From Thermoproteota archaeon (lineage in GTDB: Archaea > Asgardarchaeota > Njordarchaeia > Njordarchaeales > Panguiarchaeaceae), in NCBI GenBank assembly GCA_024720975.1, contig JANJXX010000001.1, positions 1 to 63,397 of the forward strand: a stretch of 63,397 nucleotides of DNA, read 5' to 3'. The translations under genes were made by a program, and so were the position numbers. A model generated the notes under the pieces. The model saw only the letters and a list, made by a program, of their open reading frames with translations. It was not told the origin of the DNA and searched no databases. Below, piece by piece: positions 10,001 to 20,286 of the stretch. Position 1 is the first letter of the stretch, and the number at the start of each line of letters is the position of its first letter.

Positions 10001-10435
10001 TTATTCGCCTTTTAGTCTTTTCTCTTTGATTACCAGATACTTATGAATTGTTTTGAAGGCACCGGACAGAAGCGTCCCAATGATATAAAGTAGTACTAGC
10101 AATTCCGCATACACGCTAATTGATACTCCTACTCCAAGTATTTGAATGTCTTTGATTCCTTGAAACCAAACCCACTGATAATACGAATATATCAAGGACT
10201 TAGCGAATGTCAGAGCAACGTCAACATAGCCTCCAAATGCATATGCCAGTCCAGTTGAAGCTGTAGCTGCTACACCCAGTAGTGCTATCAGACCTACGTC
10301 AAGACCTTGCAGTGCTATTTGCATTTCAAGAATCCTGCCTTGCTTCAGTGCGTCAAGGAGCGCTAGGGGTATTACCACCATTGAGAAGAATGCCCACAAC
10401 GTTGATGCTAAGCCGATAAGTTCCCTTTTAGCCAT
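10001..10435 (-). CDS. Hypothetical membrane protein (about 4 TM)
   Basis: Hydrophobic ORF, coupled to the upstream ORF and preceded by a GAGGTGG RBS. Confidence 0.65.
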   Translation of the reverse strand: MAKRELIGLASTLWAFFSMVVIPLALLDALKQGRILEMQIALQGLDVGLIALLGVAATASTGLAYAFGGYVDVALTFAKSLIYSYYQWVWFQGIKDIQILGVGVSISVYAELLVLLYIIGTLLSGAFKTIHKYLVIKEKRLKGE

Positions 10436-10437
10436 TG

Positions 10438-10845
10438 CTAACCACCTCTCACTGAAGTGAGCTCTCTTGATCTTATAGCCACTATCTCAAGACCGGATAC
10501 TATCTGTGCTACGTACATTATTACCTCCTTGTATGAAACATCTCCACTTATTGACAGCGCTATCTCTTGACTTTTGCTCTCACCCGGCTTAAGGGTAATT
10601 ACCGTTCCATTCCTAGCGACTAAATTTTTTGAGCTGTCGAATAATGATATAGTTACATTAACCTTAAGATCGAAAACGAAACCCCTGTGCGCTATTGATA
10701 TAGTAATGAATATATTACCTCCTTCAGACCTGGCGCTATAGTTTATGCTCATGGATTGGAAGTTGTAAACTATCGGTATGAAGAGTGCTGATGAAACTAA
10801 CCAGAAAAGGTAGGACAATATTTTGAGAATACGAAGACCTCTCAT
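10438..10845 (-). CDS. Hypothetical membrane-anchored Ig-like/beta-sandwich protein
   Basis: N-terminal TM followed by a beta-rich domain with TLKPGESKSQEI; GGTGA RBS. Confidence 0.65.
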   Translation of the reverse strand: MRGLRILKILSYLFWLVSSALFIPIVYNFQSMSINYSARSEGGNIFITISIAHRGFVFDLKVNVTISLFDSSKNLVARNGTVITLKPGESKSQEIALSISGDVSYKEVIMYVAQIVSGLEIVAIRSRELTSVRGG

Positions 10846-11034
10846 GAAAAATCACCATGAATTTATTGACGGCTATAAGTTCAAGATTTTATATCTTTTT
10901 TGAAGGAGCTATTATTACGCACTACAAATCATCTATGCCTCTATAACCGCCTAGAATATTATTAGGACATGTGTGTGAAAAGTTTATTCTCACTAACGCA
11001 CGAACTACAGGACGGCTGCGTTCTGCTATGCACG

Positions 11035-13527
11035 CTATGTAGTAAGCCTATACGTCTTTATTTCGTTGCCCCTCATTGAAAGAATAAACTTACCATTGCT
11101 ACATACTACAGGTTGTTTTGCATTTTCAAAATGGTCTGATTCCCAGACCTCTTTAACCGTACCCATCAAGCTAATGTTGATAGCATCTCTAGAATAGTTT
11201 ACCAGTCTGAGAGTTACACCTTGACCGGCGTCTGAAGGCTTAAGGTGTGCATAGATATCGTCACTGGATATTCTTAATAGTTGCTGTGTTATTGGTTCTA
11301 GCGTTACGTAATGAGTATTTACGGGAGTAATTAGTTCTTTCCACAATCTTAGGGCATAAATAGTCTTGCTTTGATCGCTCGATGCGATTGCTACCCTACA
11401 GTTAAGTGTTCCTTGATCTATGTAGTGGTTAGTAAAGTATTTCCATATTACCTTGTTTGCTCTGTAAAATATTTCATTGATCGCGCTACCACCAGTTCCT
11501 GCGCGTCGAATCCATTTTGGTAATCGCGATAGCATTTCGTAGTAAAGAACAGAGGGATACATTGGAGTTCTTAAGATAGATATTTGCAACTCTTCGCCGT
11601 TCTTAGAGAAACCGAATCTATTGTCTGTGGCTATAAGCGCTGAACCCCATTTTGCAGGCACGAGAACCCACCCGACGCTTGGGACTTCATACTTAGCCTT
11701 GTCAGCTTCAGATGCTTTCGTTGATGTTGGATCCAGCCTTTCCACGTAACCGTAGGGTGCTCCATAGATCGCATAATCCTCCGCTTGAGCTATTGGAATG
11801 ATGAGCTTTACGAATTTATGCTTGCATTTACTTTTTATTTTAAGTCTTATCTCGATCTTATCTTCGTCGGTTAGCACATAGTCAACGTCCATGAATATTC
11901 TCTGCCATGGGAAGCTAGTGTACTTCATTAATACTCTGACCGTTATTCGTACTGGTGTCAGCTCAATAACTTCAACACTAACTGCCTTGGGATGCTCGTA
12001 GACGGGTTTTTTCCTATCGTAGATGTATATTTCCCAGGCATCAAATATTCCGGCTGGAATGCCAGTTATGCTTCTTCTGGTTAAGTTAGGATCATCCTCA
12101 TAAACCCTTATTTCGATTGGTCTACTCAACAGTTTCTGTTTTAGCTTCTTATCAAATATTTGAACGATCAAACCTGTCTTCTTATCAATAAATAGGGCAT
12201 ATCTCTTGTTCTCAACGATAATTAATCTTCCGCGTTGAGATAGTTTCAATGTGCCGTTTGATCCATCATGCGGTTTGATTACCTTGTATCCAAATCCTGG
12301 TACGTTCTCCGCCATTATCGGTTTGGCTGTCTTCACATCCTCTACTATAATTGTTCGATCCCAGGGAAGCGTGTTCAGCACAAGTATGTTTTCGCCAGAT
12401 TCTTTGCTACCCATTGCCTTGGCTAATTCTGTTAGCACTTGTTTTCTCATCTGTCTTATCCTACTAAGGACTTTAATAAGCTGACAAAGATTTTCTTCAG
12501 CGACGTCTGCGGATAGTGTTCCCGCTAGAGTATCATGGAAATGCCTTTTTAGAACCTCCTTCCATAAATCTTCTAATTCTCTCGTAAATTCAATTTCTTT
12601 ACCATGCATTCGGAGAAATCCTAGCAAAACCTCTAAATTCAGCAGCTCTATTTCGGACTTCCTTATAAGATCTTTTAGCCTTAATTGCGTTGTGTATATT
12701 CCCCTATGGAACTCTAAATATAGCTCGTTATTCCACGTAGGTATTTTGTCAATGTACTTTTCCTCGATTTCTTTGAAAAAGTCTATTGCTTTCCCAATCT
12801 TTATCCAGCCACTCTCGCTTAATTTTTTCGCAATTTTTGCATCGTCATTTGTAGGTCCGCCGCCATGATCTCCACGACCATATAGAAATAGTATATAGGG
12901 TATCCCTTGCTTTTTCATTTGCTTCGCAAGTGCATTAATTACGCTTATCTCACTCAGGTTGGCATCATAAGGTGCTGGTGTGAGGTAAGCAAGCACTTCT
13001 GATCCATCGTCACCCCTCCACCTGAATACATTGTAGGGAAATTCTGTTGTATCATTCCAACTCAACTTTGTTGTTAGAAAATACTTTATTCCAACTGCTT
13101 GAAGTATTTTAGGTAATGTTATAGGAAATCCGAATGTGTCGGGTAGCCAGCATATATTGATATCAACGCCCAGCCTGCTTTTCGCGTACTTTTTGCCGAT
13201 AATAAACGATCGAAGTATTGACTCCCCTGTTGGTAGATTACAATCAAGTTCAACCCATGATCCCCCTACGACTTCCCAATTACCAGCGTGTATTGCCCTA
13301 AGAATCTCTTCATATAATCCTGGAGCCTCTTTTTCGATCCATTCGTAGAATATCATATTGCTCTGGGCATACGTTATTCCATATTTTTCTATTAGAGACA
13401 AAGCATTTTCGAATGTTTTCTGACACACACGTTTAATCTCGCCCTCCCTCCACAACCAGGCAACATCAATGTGACTATTTGACAATAAAACTGCTTTTTT
13501 CAAAATCACCACCACTTTATAAGTCAA
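11035..13527 (-). CDS. Alpha-mannosidase, GH38
   Basis: SHIDVAWLW, VGGSWVELDCNL, WLPDTFG, GRGDHGGGP, ELYLEFHRG, HFHDTLAG. Confidence 0.92.
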   Translation of the reverse strand: MTYKVVVILKKAVLLSNSHIDVAWLWREGEIKRVCQKTFENALSLIEKYGITYAQSNMIFYEWIEKEAPGLYEEILRAIHAGNWEVVGGSWVELDCNLPTGESILRSFIIGKKYAKSRLGVDINICWLPDTFGFPITLPKILQAVGIKYFLTTKLSWNDTTEFPYNVFRWRGDDGSEVLAYLTPAPYDANLSEISVINALAKQMKKQGIPYILFLYGRGDHGGGPTNDDAKIAKKLSESGWIKIGKAIDFFKEIEEKYIDKIPTWNNELYLEFHRGIYTTQLRLKDLIRKSEIELLNLEVLLGFLRMHGKEIEFTRELEDLWKEVLKRHFHDTLAGTLSADVAEENLCQLIKVLSRIRQMRKQVLTELAKAMGSKESGENILVLNTLPWDRTIIVEDVKTAKPIMAENVPGFGYKVIKPHDGSNGTLKLSQRGRLIIVENKRYALFIDKKTGLIVQIFDKKLKQKLLSRPIEIRVYEDDPNLTRRSITGIPAGIFDAWEIYIYDRKKPVYEHPKAVSVEVIELTPVRITVRVLMKYTSFPWQRIFMDVDYVLTDEDKIEIRLKIKSKCKHKFVKLIIPIAQAEDYAIYGAPYGYVERLDPTSTKASEADKAKYEVPSVGWVLVPAKWGSALIATDNRFGFSKNGEELQISILRTPMYPSVLYYEMLSRLPKWIRRAGTGGSAINEIFYRANKVIWKYFTNHYIDQGTLNCRVAIASSDQSKTIYALRLWKELITPVNTHYVTLEPITQQLLRISSDDIYAHLKPSDAGQGVTLRLVNYSRDAINISLMGTVKEVWESDHFENAKQPVVCSNGKFILSMRGNEIKTYRLTT

Positions 13528-13952
13528 CAGACATAATAATTCGACAATAATGATTATTTACAGCGAGCAATCACTGTACTTATTTGTTAGGTTACTATGG
13601 CATCTTGTTGTTTCAATTCTCCTGGGTATGAACTTCCTCCCAGTATCCATCTACTGTTGTTAGGTCATTGAGGCTACATCAGCAAACACTGCTGAAGCTG
13701 CCTGAAAAGATGTGTGTATTCCGGCCTCGAATGACAAAGCCACTGCTAGACGAGCCCACTTAACTCGACGGGAATACTTGCGCTAAGAATTTTTGCAAAC
13801 TTACTCGTTCCACCTTACCCTTAAACATTTCTGGTTTAACCAAGATGACTTAAACTTCTGCTAAGAGTCCAGTCTATTAAACTCAAGCAGCTAAAATTTA
13901 TAATTTACATTAGGAGACATAGAGAGCACAAACCCATACTACTAACCTTTGC

Positions 13953-15143
13953 TTGGTGCTACTAATGTTGACAAACCTTTACGTTTCAAACTATGCTTTT
14001 GTCGATGATAAGGGACTTTCATTACAGCTTGATAGGATTAATATCATCCTAGGCTTCCCATCGATTAAGGAAACTCTGTTCATGGCTCCTTGTATTCTTG
14101 ATGGAATAATGTCGAATCTATCGGTTCACTATACAAGCCAGAGAGTCTTTGGTTCATTTGATGAGCTTGTTTATGATGGTACTGTGAGTAAGCCCACAAC
14201 GATATATCTGCACTTCGAAAAATTTCGACAACCCCTGCACGAGAGCTTCTATTCGATGCTACTGAGTGTGACGCCTTCGCTTCTTGATAAGTACTCGGAA
14301 GAGTTAAAAAGTATAGAAAAACTTGATCTGTACCTAGATATTCTGGGCGACAAAGTAAATTCTTTGCAGCTATCCATAAATGAACACATAACATTTAGTA
14401 TCATGAGACGCGAATCTGCATGGCTTTGGAAAATCGAAGTAGACGGTAAAGTCTTAGTGGAGAAGGATAACGTATTCCCTGCCATAAATTTTAACGCGCT
14501 TATGTTAGGAATTCGAAGCTCATTGCAATATTTTGATATCCGCTCGTGGTTGATTGATAGGTACCAATCTCTAAGCACGGACAGCCAAAGTTCTATAGTG
14601 GCTAGAAAGCTTATTAGTCTTTTCTCTGAGGTTGACAAAATTAAGAAAATAGGAGAATTTATGAAAAAAGCTTGCGGAACGGACATACGCTTAAGGTATA
14701 TCCCACCATCATCGCTGGGGATAGAATATAGATTGTCTAATTCTTGGAAAAAAACTAATTTCTATGACACAGACCTCATAGTTGCAATCCCAGCTTTAGC
14801 AACAATTTTTGGAAACAGCAAAGGCGGCACGATAATACTTAGTGAAATCTCGATATTGTCACCGAAAGTCCAGGAAGCTTTGTTCGAGCTGGCAAAAGAC
14901 GTTGTACTTACTGAAGATAAACAAATAATCTTCCTCACGAATTCACCTATACTGATCCAAAAACTAATTAAGGATAAAACTATGCAAAAATTCTCCAGAG
15001 TTTGGATTGTGTATCACGAAGATGGAAGAGCACAGGCAACATCACTAAAATTAGATGAGAACGGCCTGCATGCAGAAAAATATAAGGATAAACTCTATCA
15101 ATTTTGGACAGAGGACATTATAAAAGAACTTGTAGTTGATTGA
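13953..15143 (+). CDS. Degenerate ABC-type (AAA_21/DUF3696-like) ATPase, predicted inactive
   Basis: The layout matches OLD/AbiEii-like ATPases (LTNLYVSNY...INIILG..., GTIILSE..LSPKVQ..., KQIIFLTNSPILI, LKLDENG), but Walker A, Walker B and H-switch residues are lost. Confidence 0.6.
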   Translation: MVLLMLTNLYVSNYAFVDDKGLSLQLDRINIILGFPSIKETLFMAPCILDGIMSNLSVHYTSQRVFGSFDELVYDGTVSKPTTIYLHFEKFRQPLHESFYSMLLSVTPSLLDKYSEELKSIEKLDLYLDILGDKVNSLQLSINEHITFSIMRRESAWLWKIEVDGKVLVEKDNVFPAINFNALMLGIRSSLQYFDIRSWLIDRYQSLSTDSQSSIVARKLISLFSEVDKIKKIGEFMKKACGTDIRLRYIPPSSLGIEYRLSNSWKKTNFYDTDLIVAIPALATIFGNSKGGTIILSEISILSPKVQEALFELAKDVVLTEDKQIIFLTNSPILIQKLIKDKTMQKFSRVWIVYHEDGRAQATSLKLDENGLHAEKYKDKLYQFWTEDIIKELVVD

Positions 15144-15163
15144 GTCTTAAAACTATTGCAAGC

Positions 15164-16528
15164 TTAACTTTCGCTTAGTCCTGTTGCACTTAACTTCTCA
15201 ACCTCCCGGAGAATTTCCTCATCTGGCCTTAATCTGTAACCAAATGCTAGCGTTAGTAGGAATAATATTATCCCAGGTACACCTATGCCTATTATTCCAG
15301 CGACCGGTTGTAACGCGGATCCATCTAGCAATCGATGGCATACTATATACCCTAGCCCTCCAATGATTGTCCCTGATACTTCACCCATGCTAGTTACGAA
15401 CTGGAATCCACTTGAGACAATACCTCTCTCGCCTTTAATTGCTGTATCACCAAGTCTTCCAAGAAATGTTGGCGCTATTGATGCAAAACAAAATATACCT
15501 GGGGAGATTATCCAATAAAATTGCATATCTTTGTATGAAACGCGAAAGACCGATGTTGCTACTATGCCCAGAATTGCTGTGATCAGCAAACCAGAAATTC
15601 CTATGACTGTTGTTTTCTTTCTTCCAATTCGATCTGCCACATAACCCCAAAATGGAGCCGTTCCACCTACTAGTAGCACAATTATGGCGGTTATGAATCC
15701 CGTCTCAGTTTGATGAATACCAAAGTCTCTCAGCATTACATATGGCCCTAAGTTGTATGCTAGCCCCCAGAGCGAAGCAAGAACGAACCATGTTATGCCC
15801 ATGTCACGCCTTAGCTTGCTAAACATGACCCGAGCTCCTGCGCCTATATGTTTCATTAGTTGCCTCCAGATGTGTTCTACCTTTCCTTTGCGTTCGGGAG
15901 GCATGTGTGGTAGTCCAAAGTAAAATGCTAAGCCAGCTATGATGAAGAGTACGGCTAGTATAGAGAAACCAAACAGTCCATACTCTGGTTTTCCACCTCC
16001 AAGCCTTGCAAAAAATGAGAATACAACTCCTGATAGAGCAATGCCAACTAGGCGACCATACATTAGGGACATATCAAAAACTCCCATGTATCTTGCCCTA
16101 TTCTCGTACCTGGTAAATCTTGATATTACCGCTAATGATGGGGTTACATTCAAAGATGACGCTATCCCATGAACTGCATGGCCAATCATTAGTATAAGAA
16201 GAAACACCCATGGGAGCCCGGTAAATGGGAATGCTAGCATGTATATGCATACAGAAATAGCGGCAGTTAGCGTTGATGATAAGAGAACTAACCTAGCATC
16301 CATGATGTCAGTGGCATAGCCGGTAGCGCCTGCTATTAGTCCCTCAACTGAAGAGAATGCTATTGCAAAAAGCATTAGTGCTTCCATACTAAATCCTAGA
16401 GCTTCTAGAACCATTATCGCTAAGAGAGCTGACATACCACACGCTATTCTGAATATGAATGTACCACAATATAACATCGGAAATACGCGCTTGGGTTGTG
16501 GATCCGTATCCATAATCGCACCACTCAA
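15164..16528 (-). CDS. MFS transporter
   Basis: About 12 TM; motif A GYVADRIGRKK and GYATDIMDAR. Confidence 0.9.
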   Translation of the reverse strand: MSGAIMDTDPQPKRVFPMLYCGTFIFRIACGMSALLAIMVLEALGFSMEALMLFAIAFSSVEGLIAGATGYATDIMDARLVLLSSTLTAAISVCIYMLAFPFTGLPWVFLLILMIGHAVHGIASSLNVTPSLAVISRFTRYENRARYMGVFDMSLMYGRLVGIALSGVVFSFFARLGGGKPEYGLFGFSILAVLFIIAGLAFYFGLPHMPPERKGKVEHIWRQLMKHIGAGARVMFSKLRRDMGITWFVLASLWGLAYNLGPYVMLRDFGIHQTETGFITAIIVLLVGGTAPFWGYVADRIGRKKTTVIGISGLLITAILGIVATSVFRVSYKDMQFYWIISPGIFCFASIAPTFLGRLGDTAIKGERGIVSSGFQFVTSMGEVSGTIIGGLGYIVCHRLLDGSALQPVAGIIGIGVPGIILFLLTLAFGYRLRPDEEILREVEKLSATGLSES

Positions 16529-16549
16529 AATTTAGATGAATTACAAGGC

Positions 16550-17488
16550 TTAGAAAATTGGAGGGGGTTCGAGCTCCACACCAACGGATCTTTTCTCTCT
16601 TCCTCTTATAAATTCCACCTCAATAGTTTCGCCTATCCTATGCATTCTCACTAAAGCTGACAGGTCATCCGCTGATCTAACCTCCGACTTGCCAACTCTG
16701 ATTATTATGTCTCCAGGTCTTAAGCCGCTTCTAGAAGCTGGTGAATGGGGAACTACCCTAACCACCAAAGCACCACTCAAAACACTGAAACCATACAAAG
16801 TAGCAATAGGCTTATTTATACTCGTGACGTATACCCCCAGCCAAGGAAGCACAACCCGGCCGAATTCCATTATATCCTTGTAAACTCTCATCGCTATGTT
16901 TATTGGTATTGCAAATCCTATTCCTTGCGCATAAGGAACTATTGCTGTGTTTACGCCTATAACTTCTCCATCAATAGTTGCTAACGGTCCCCCGGAGTTC
17001 CCCGGGTTTATAGCAGCATCCGTCTGAATCAGATTCTCTAGGGTAATATTGGGAGCTCTTATTGTCCTATTTAGAGCTGATATGACACCTAGAGTTACCG
17101 TTGGTTCGCCAAGCAGGCCGAGTGGATATCCAACTGCAACCACAAGTTGACCCACCTTAAGGTTGTCAGAATTGCCTAGTTTCACAGCTTTGTAGCCCCC
17201 GCCCTTTAGGTCAAGGATGGCTATGTCGAAGCGCGGATCACCACCTAATATTGTGGCATCCACAATTTCTCCGGTTGGTATTATAGCCTTCAAAATCTCA
17301 GCTTCAGCTATAACATGATAGTTAGTTATTACATGACCTTCCTCGTGGATTATAAATCCAGAGCCTATACCTCTCAATGGAACTGGTTCTAGGAAGAAGT
17401 CGTAGGTTATCCTTGCAGTTAGGACCGTAATGACACTTTCTTTTAAGTGGCTAACAGCTTTGGTTATTTTCTCTTGGAGCTCTTCCAT
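16550..17488 (-). CDS. htrA: HtrA/DegP-family serine protease with PDZ domain; no signal peptide
   Basis: GSGFII, TNYHV, DIAIL, IQTDAAINPGNSGGPL, C-terminal PDZ (SPASRSGLRPGDII). Confidence 0.93.
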   Translation of the reverse strand: MEELQEKITKAVSHLKESVITVLTARITYDFFLEPVPLRGIGSGFIIHEEGHVITNYHVIAEAEILKAIIPTGEIVDATILGGDPRFDIAILDLKGGGYKAVKLGNSDNLKVGQLVVAVGYPLGLLGEPTVTLGVISALNRTIRAPNITLENLIQTDAAINPGNSGGPLATIDGEVIGVNTAIVPYAQGIGFAIPINIAMRVYKDIMEFGRVVLPWLGVYVTSINKPIATLYGFSVLSGALVVRVVPHSPASRSGLRPGDIIIRVGKSEVRSADDLSALVRMHRIGETIEVEFIRGREKRSVGVELEPPPIF

Positions 17489-17519
17489 GATTAAAACACC
17501 TGAATCTTGAAGGTAAAAT

Positions 17520-19991
17520 TCATTTTATAATTACTCTACGCCAATTTTTAACGACACCATAATTGCCTACATTAAGCTCTAATACAATCTTGGCAACATT
17601 GCCACCACCAAAAGTCTTCAAAATTACTGGCACCACATTTACAGAATCCGCTTGTAATACTACCTTTTGAGAAAATACCTCTTTGTCGTTAATTTTCACT
17701 GTTAGGGTCCCCTCGAAATTCTCATGTAAGTCATTTATCAAGTACACTTTTGTTTGGCACTTCTTGCCACTCTTGATCACTTCAGGCCAATCCATGGCAA
17801 TGAAAATAGGGCTGTACAGGTCGCAAAGCAAGTGATATGCCTTCTTGGATTCTCTCCAGTAATCAATTATAGCCCAAGTTACCAGGGGCGCTATATCCGT
17901 GAACATGAATTGAAATATCCCACCAACAGGATTATACTTGCGCGCTCTTAGAAACTCTATATAGAACTTCATTAGTTCCGCTTGTTTTTCCTGAGTTTCC
18001 TCCACAAACTCATCAACGCTACTGAACTTTTTGAAATTTACCCAGAATTTCATGAATTCGGGCTGGTATTGGTTGTAGACCTTTAAATGCTTTGCTGCTT
18101 TCGGATAGGCTTTCCTAAAGTCCTTTTGCAATGCTTCAGCTATTTCCTGGGGTAACATTTTCAATGAGTTTTCTACCTTAGGGAATGCTTGAAAACCAAA
18201 CTCACTTACAAGTCTCAAGGGGGCTTTGAAAGGTCCTACTAATGTTTTGATATGTTTATATCCTCTCAACCAGGGGAATATTGTAAACCAACCAGTATAC
18301 CAGCCGTCGTAAATGTGCGTGTCCGTGCCATTTATGAACCAGCCTAGCTCGCCTGAGTGTTCAATTACTATGTGAACGCCCATATCCTCGCTTTTTAGGA
18401 TTTTAGCTATTTTTTTGTCCAGCACCGATTTATTCCAATTATACGTCAATGCAGTGAGTGGGGATCTCAGAATAAATAATAGAGTTATCCAAACAAGAGC
18501 AGCATCCCAGGGAAGTATTATCCCTAATATCACGAGATAAACCATTGCTTCAATGCCTCCGAACAGTAGTGCGAATGCTGGAAACATTGCAATCAGTAGC
18601 AATGCGATACTAATAAGCCATGCCAGCCTTATTCCAAGAATATCCTTATCGAGAATAAGTAGTATATCCTTCCAAACACCGCTTACTAATGGCATGCCTA
18701 CTTTTAGTCCTATTGATCCCAGAAAAATAGAGAAAGCTAGTCCAATGAGGAATGCTAAGAAGGTGCGTCTTATTGATGATGGATCTGGATATATTACTGG
18801 TTCATTATGCGCGCAATAGATAGCAACTGATGCATGATTCTCCGAAAGATAAACGAGCTCTTTAGCATTACTCAAGGCATCATTTTCGATGGATTTGTCA
18901 TAGCTCCACTGCAGAGGCATATCTTGCCACACGAGAATACCATACTCATCAAAAACTTGCCACGCTAGGGGATTAACGTGGGCGTGTATCCTGACTGCGT
19001 TTATATTTGCCTGTCTCATTAGCCTAGCATCAAGCTCTATCCTTGATCTATCCACCTTTCCAATTCGCTGGTCTGTTGGTCCGTAATTCGTACCTCTTAG
19101 GAAAATTCTCTTGCCATTTAGATAAAATGTCCATCTGCTATGCTTTCGGACGAGCTTTACCTCCTTTATGCCAAATACAATCTCCTTCTCATCAGAAATG
19201 CTACCATTAGTGATAGCTCTAGCATATAGCTTGTACAAGTTTGGCTTTCCAAGATCCCACGTCCACCAAAGTTTTGGATCTTTAACATCTATTCCAGTTT
19301 CAAATCTATTTATTCCCGGGCTGGTAAATACCTCAATTTCATGATCGATAGGCTCTCCATCAAAATTTTTGGGTTCTATCCTGAGATTTATTCCCGCCTT
19401 CCCGTTATGCTCACTCCCTAGCCAGAGTATAATCCTTAGTTTTGCATAATCTCCATAGATTGTAGGTATTATCTTTATCCGCTCAAACCAAACTTTGCCG
19501 GTACTATGAATTTCAACGCTTCTCCAAATTCCACCAGGGTTAAAAGTTGGGTCCCGACAATCCCAGTGGTAAAACACTCCACCAACCTGCTTCTTCTTAT
19601 TAATGTCCTTCTCGTCATAACTTTCTACTCGAACCACAAGTACGTTCTTGCCTCTTTTTATGACTTTTGTTACATCAAATTTGAAGGGAGAGAAATACCC
19701 TGAATGCTCTCCTAGATATTCCCCATTCAGCCAGACCCTAGTCCGATAGAAGACGCCGTGGAATACTAGCCAGATTTTGCCATCATAATCTGGCATATCA
19801 AATTCTTTTCTGTACCACACAACACCAGCATAATTACGTAGTTCGTTCAATTCATCTTGCCAGTGTCCGGGCACTTTTATATCAAACCACTTTGAGGTAT
19901 CATGATTTGGATCTGATACTTCACTAGCATTGACTTTACTATCTTTATCTGGAAGTACTTTCCAGACTCCGTTAAGACTTAGAACAAACAT
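17520..19991 (-). CDS. GH2 glycoside hydrolase (beta-mannosidase-like) with an inserted multi-TM segment
   Basis: SLNGVW, VWYRKEF, LWWTWDLGKPNLY, NAVRIHAH, acid/base HNEP, nucleophile VSEFGFQA. Confidence 0.88.
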   Translation of the reverse strand: MFVLSLNGVWKVLPDKDSKVNASEVSDPNHDTSKWFDIKVPGHWQDELNELRNYAGVVWYRKEFDMPDYDGKIWLVFHGVFYRTRVWLNGEYLGEHSGYFSPFKFDVTKVIKRGKNVLVVRVESYDEKDINKKKQVGGVFYHWDCRDPTFNPGGIWRSVEIHSTGKVWFERIKIIPTIYGDYAKLRIILWLGSEHNGKAGINLRIEPKNFDGEPIDHEIEVFTSPGINRFETGIDVKDPKLWWTWDLGKPNLYKLYARAITNGSISDEKEIVFGIKEVKLVRKHSRWTFYLNGKRIFLRGTNYGPTDQRIGKVDRSRIELDARLMRQANINAVRIHAHVNPLAWQVFDEYGILVWQDMPLQWSYDKSIENDALSNAKELVYLSENHASVAIYCAHNEPVIYPDPSSIRRTFLAFLIGLAFSIFLGSIGLKVGMPLVSGVWKDILLILDKDILGIRLAWLISIALLLIAMFPAFALLFGGIEAMVYLVILGIILPWDAALVWITLLFILRSPLTALTYNWNKSVLDKKIAKILKSEDMGVHIVIEHSGELGWFINGTDTHIYDGWYTGWFTIFPWLRGYKHIKTLVGPFKAPLRLVSEFGFQAFPKVENSLKMLPQEIAEALQKDFRKAYPKAAKHLKVYNQYQPEFMKFWVNFKKFSSVDEFVEETQEKQAELMKFYIEFLRARKYNPVGGIFQFMFTDIAPLVTWAIIDYWRESKKAYHLLCDLYSPIFIAMDWPEVIKSGKKCQTKVYLINDLHENFEGTLTVKINDKEVFSQKVVLQADSVNVVPVILKTFGGGNVAKIVLELNVGNYGVVKNWRRVIIK

Positions 19992-20051
19992 TTTTCTGCC
20001 ACTTTTATCATCGGATTAAAAAGGCTCTCAATTCTATAATATAAAAAAAGT

Positions 20052-20107
20052 GACTATGATGAGGGAGGTGATCTCAGAAGCATGAAGAGACTATTCTTTT
20101 CTGAGTC
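20052..20107 (+). ncRNA. Box C/D guide sRNA; D' guide complementary to the 16S rRNA 3' end
   Basis: C ATGATGA 20056-62; 12-nt guide GGGAGGTGATCT; D' CAGA; C' ATGAAGA 20082-88; 12-nt guide GACTATTCTTTT; D CTGA 20101-04; GAC/GTC terminal stem; AT-rich TATA-like element upstream. Confidence 0.85.
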
Positions 20108-20286
20108 TCAACTACTTCTTATGATCACCCAGAATCGTTGAATATAATTTCAATAATCTTGGAACTACCTGCTAAAAACTTGATCAAGCAAGGAATTTCT
20201 CCCCAGGCGTTTGGGTTTTCATCAATTACTATTGACCTACAGAAAATTGCTGCATCAAGCTTTGGAATTAAAAAAATATGCTTTGT

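Noticed and set aside
13528-13952. ncRNA or small gene in a 425-bp intergenic gap
   Set aside because: No C/D boxes, tRNA fold or convincing ORF found; only a short hairpin (TCAGCA-N5-TGCTGA)
20064-20141. Perfect SD GGAGGTGA followed by a 19-codon ORF (ATG 20082)
   Set aside because: The same bases form exactly spaced C, D', C' and D boxes matching two other sRNAs in the window, so an sRNA explains them better
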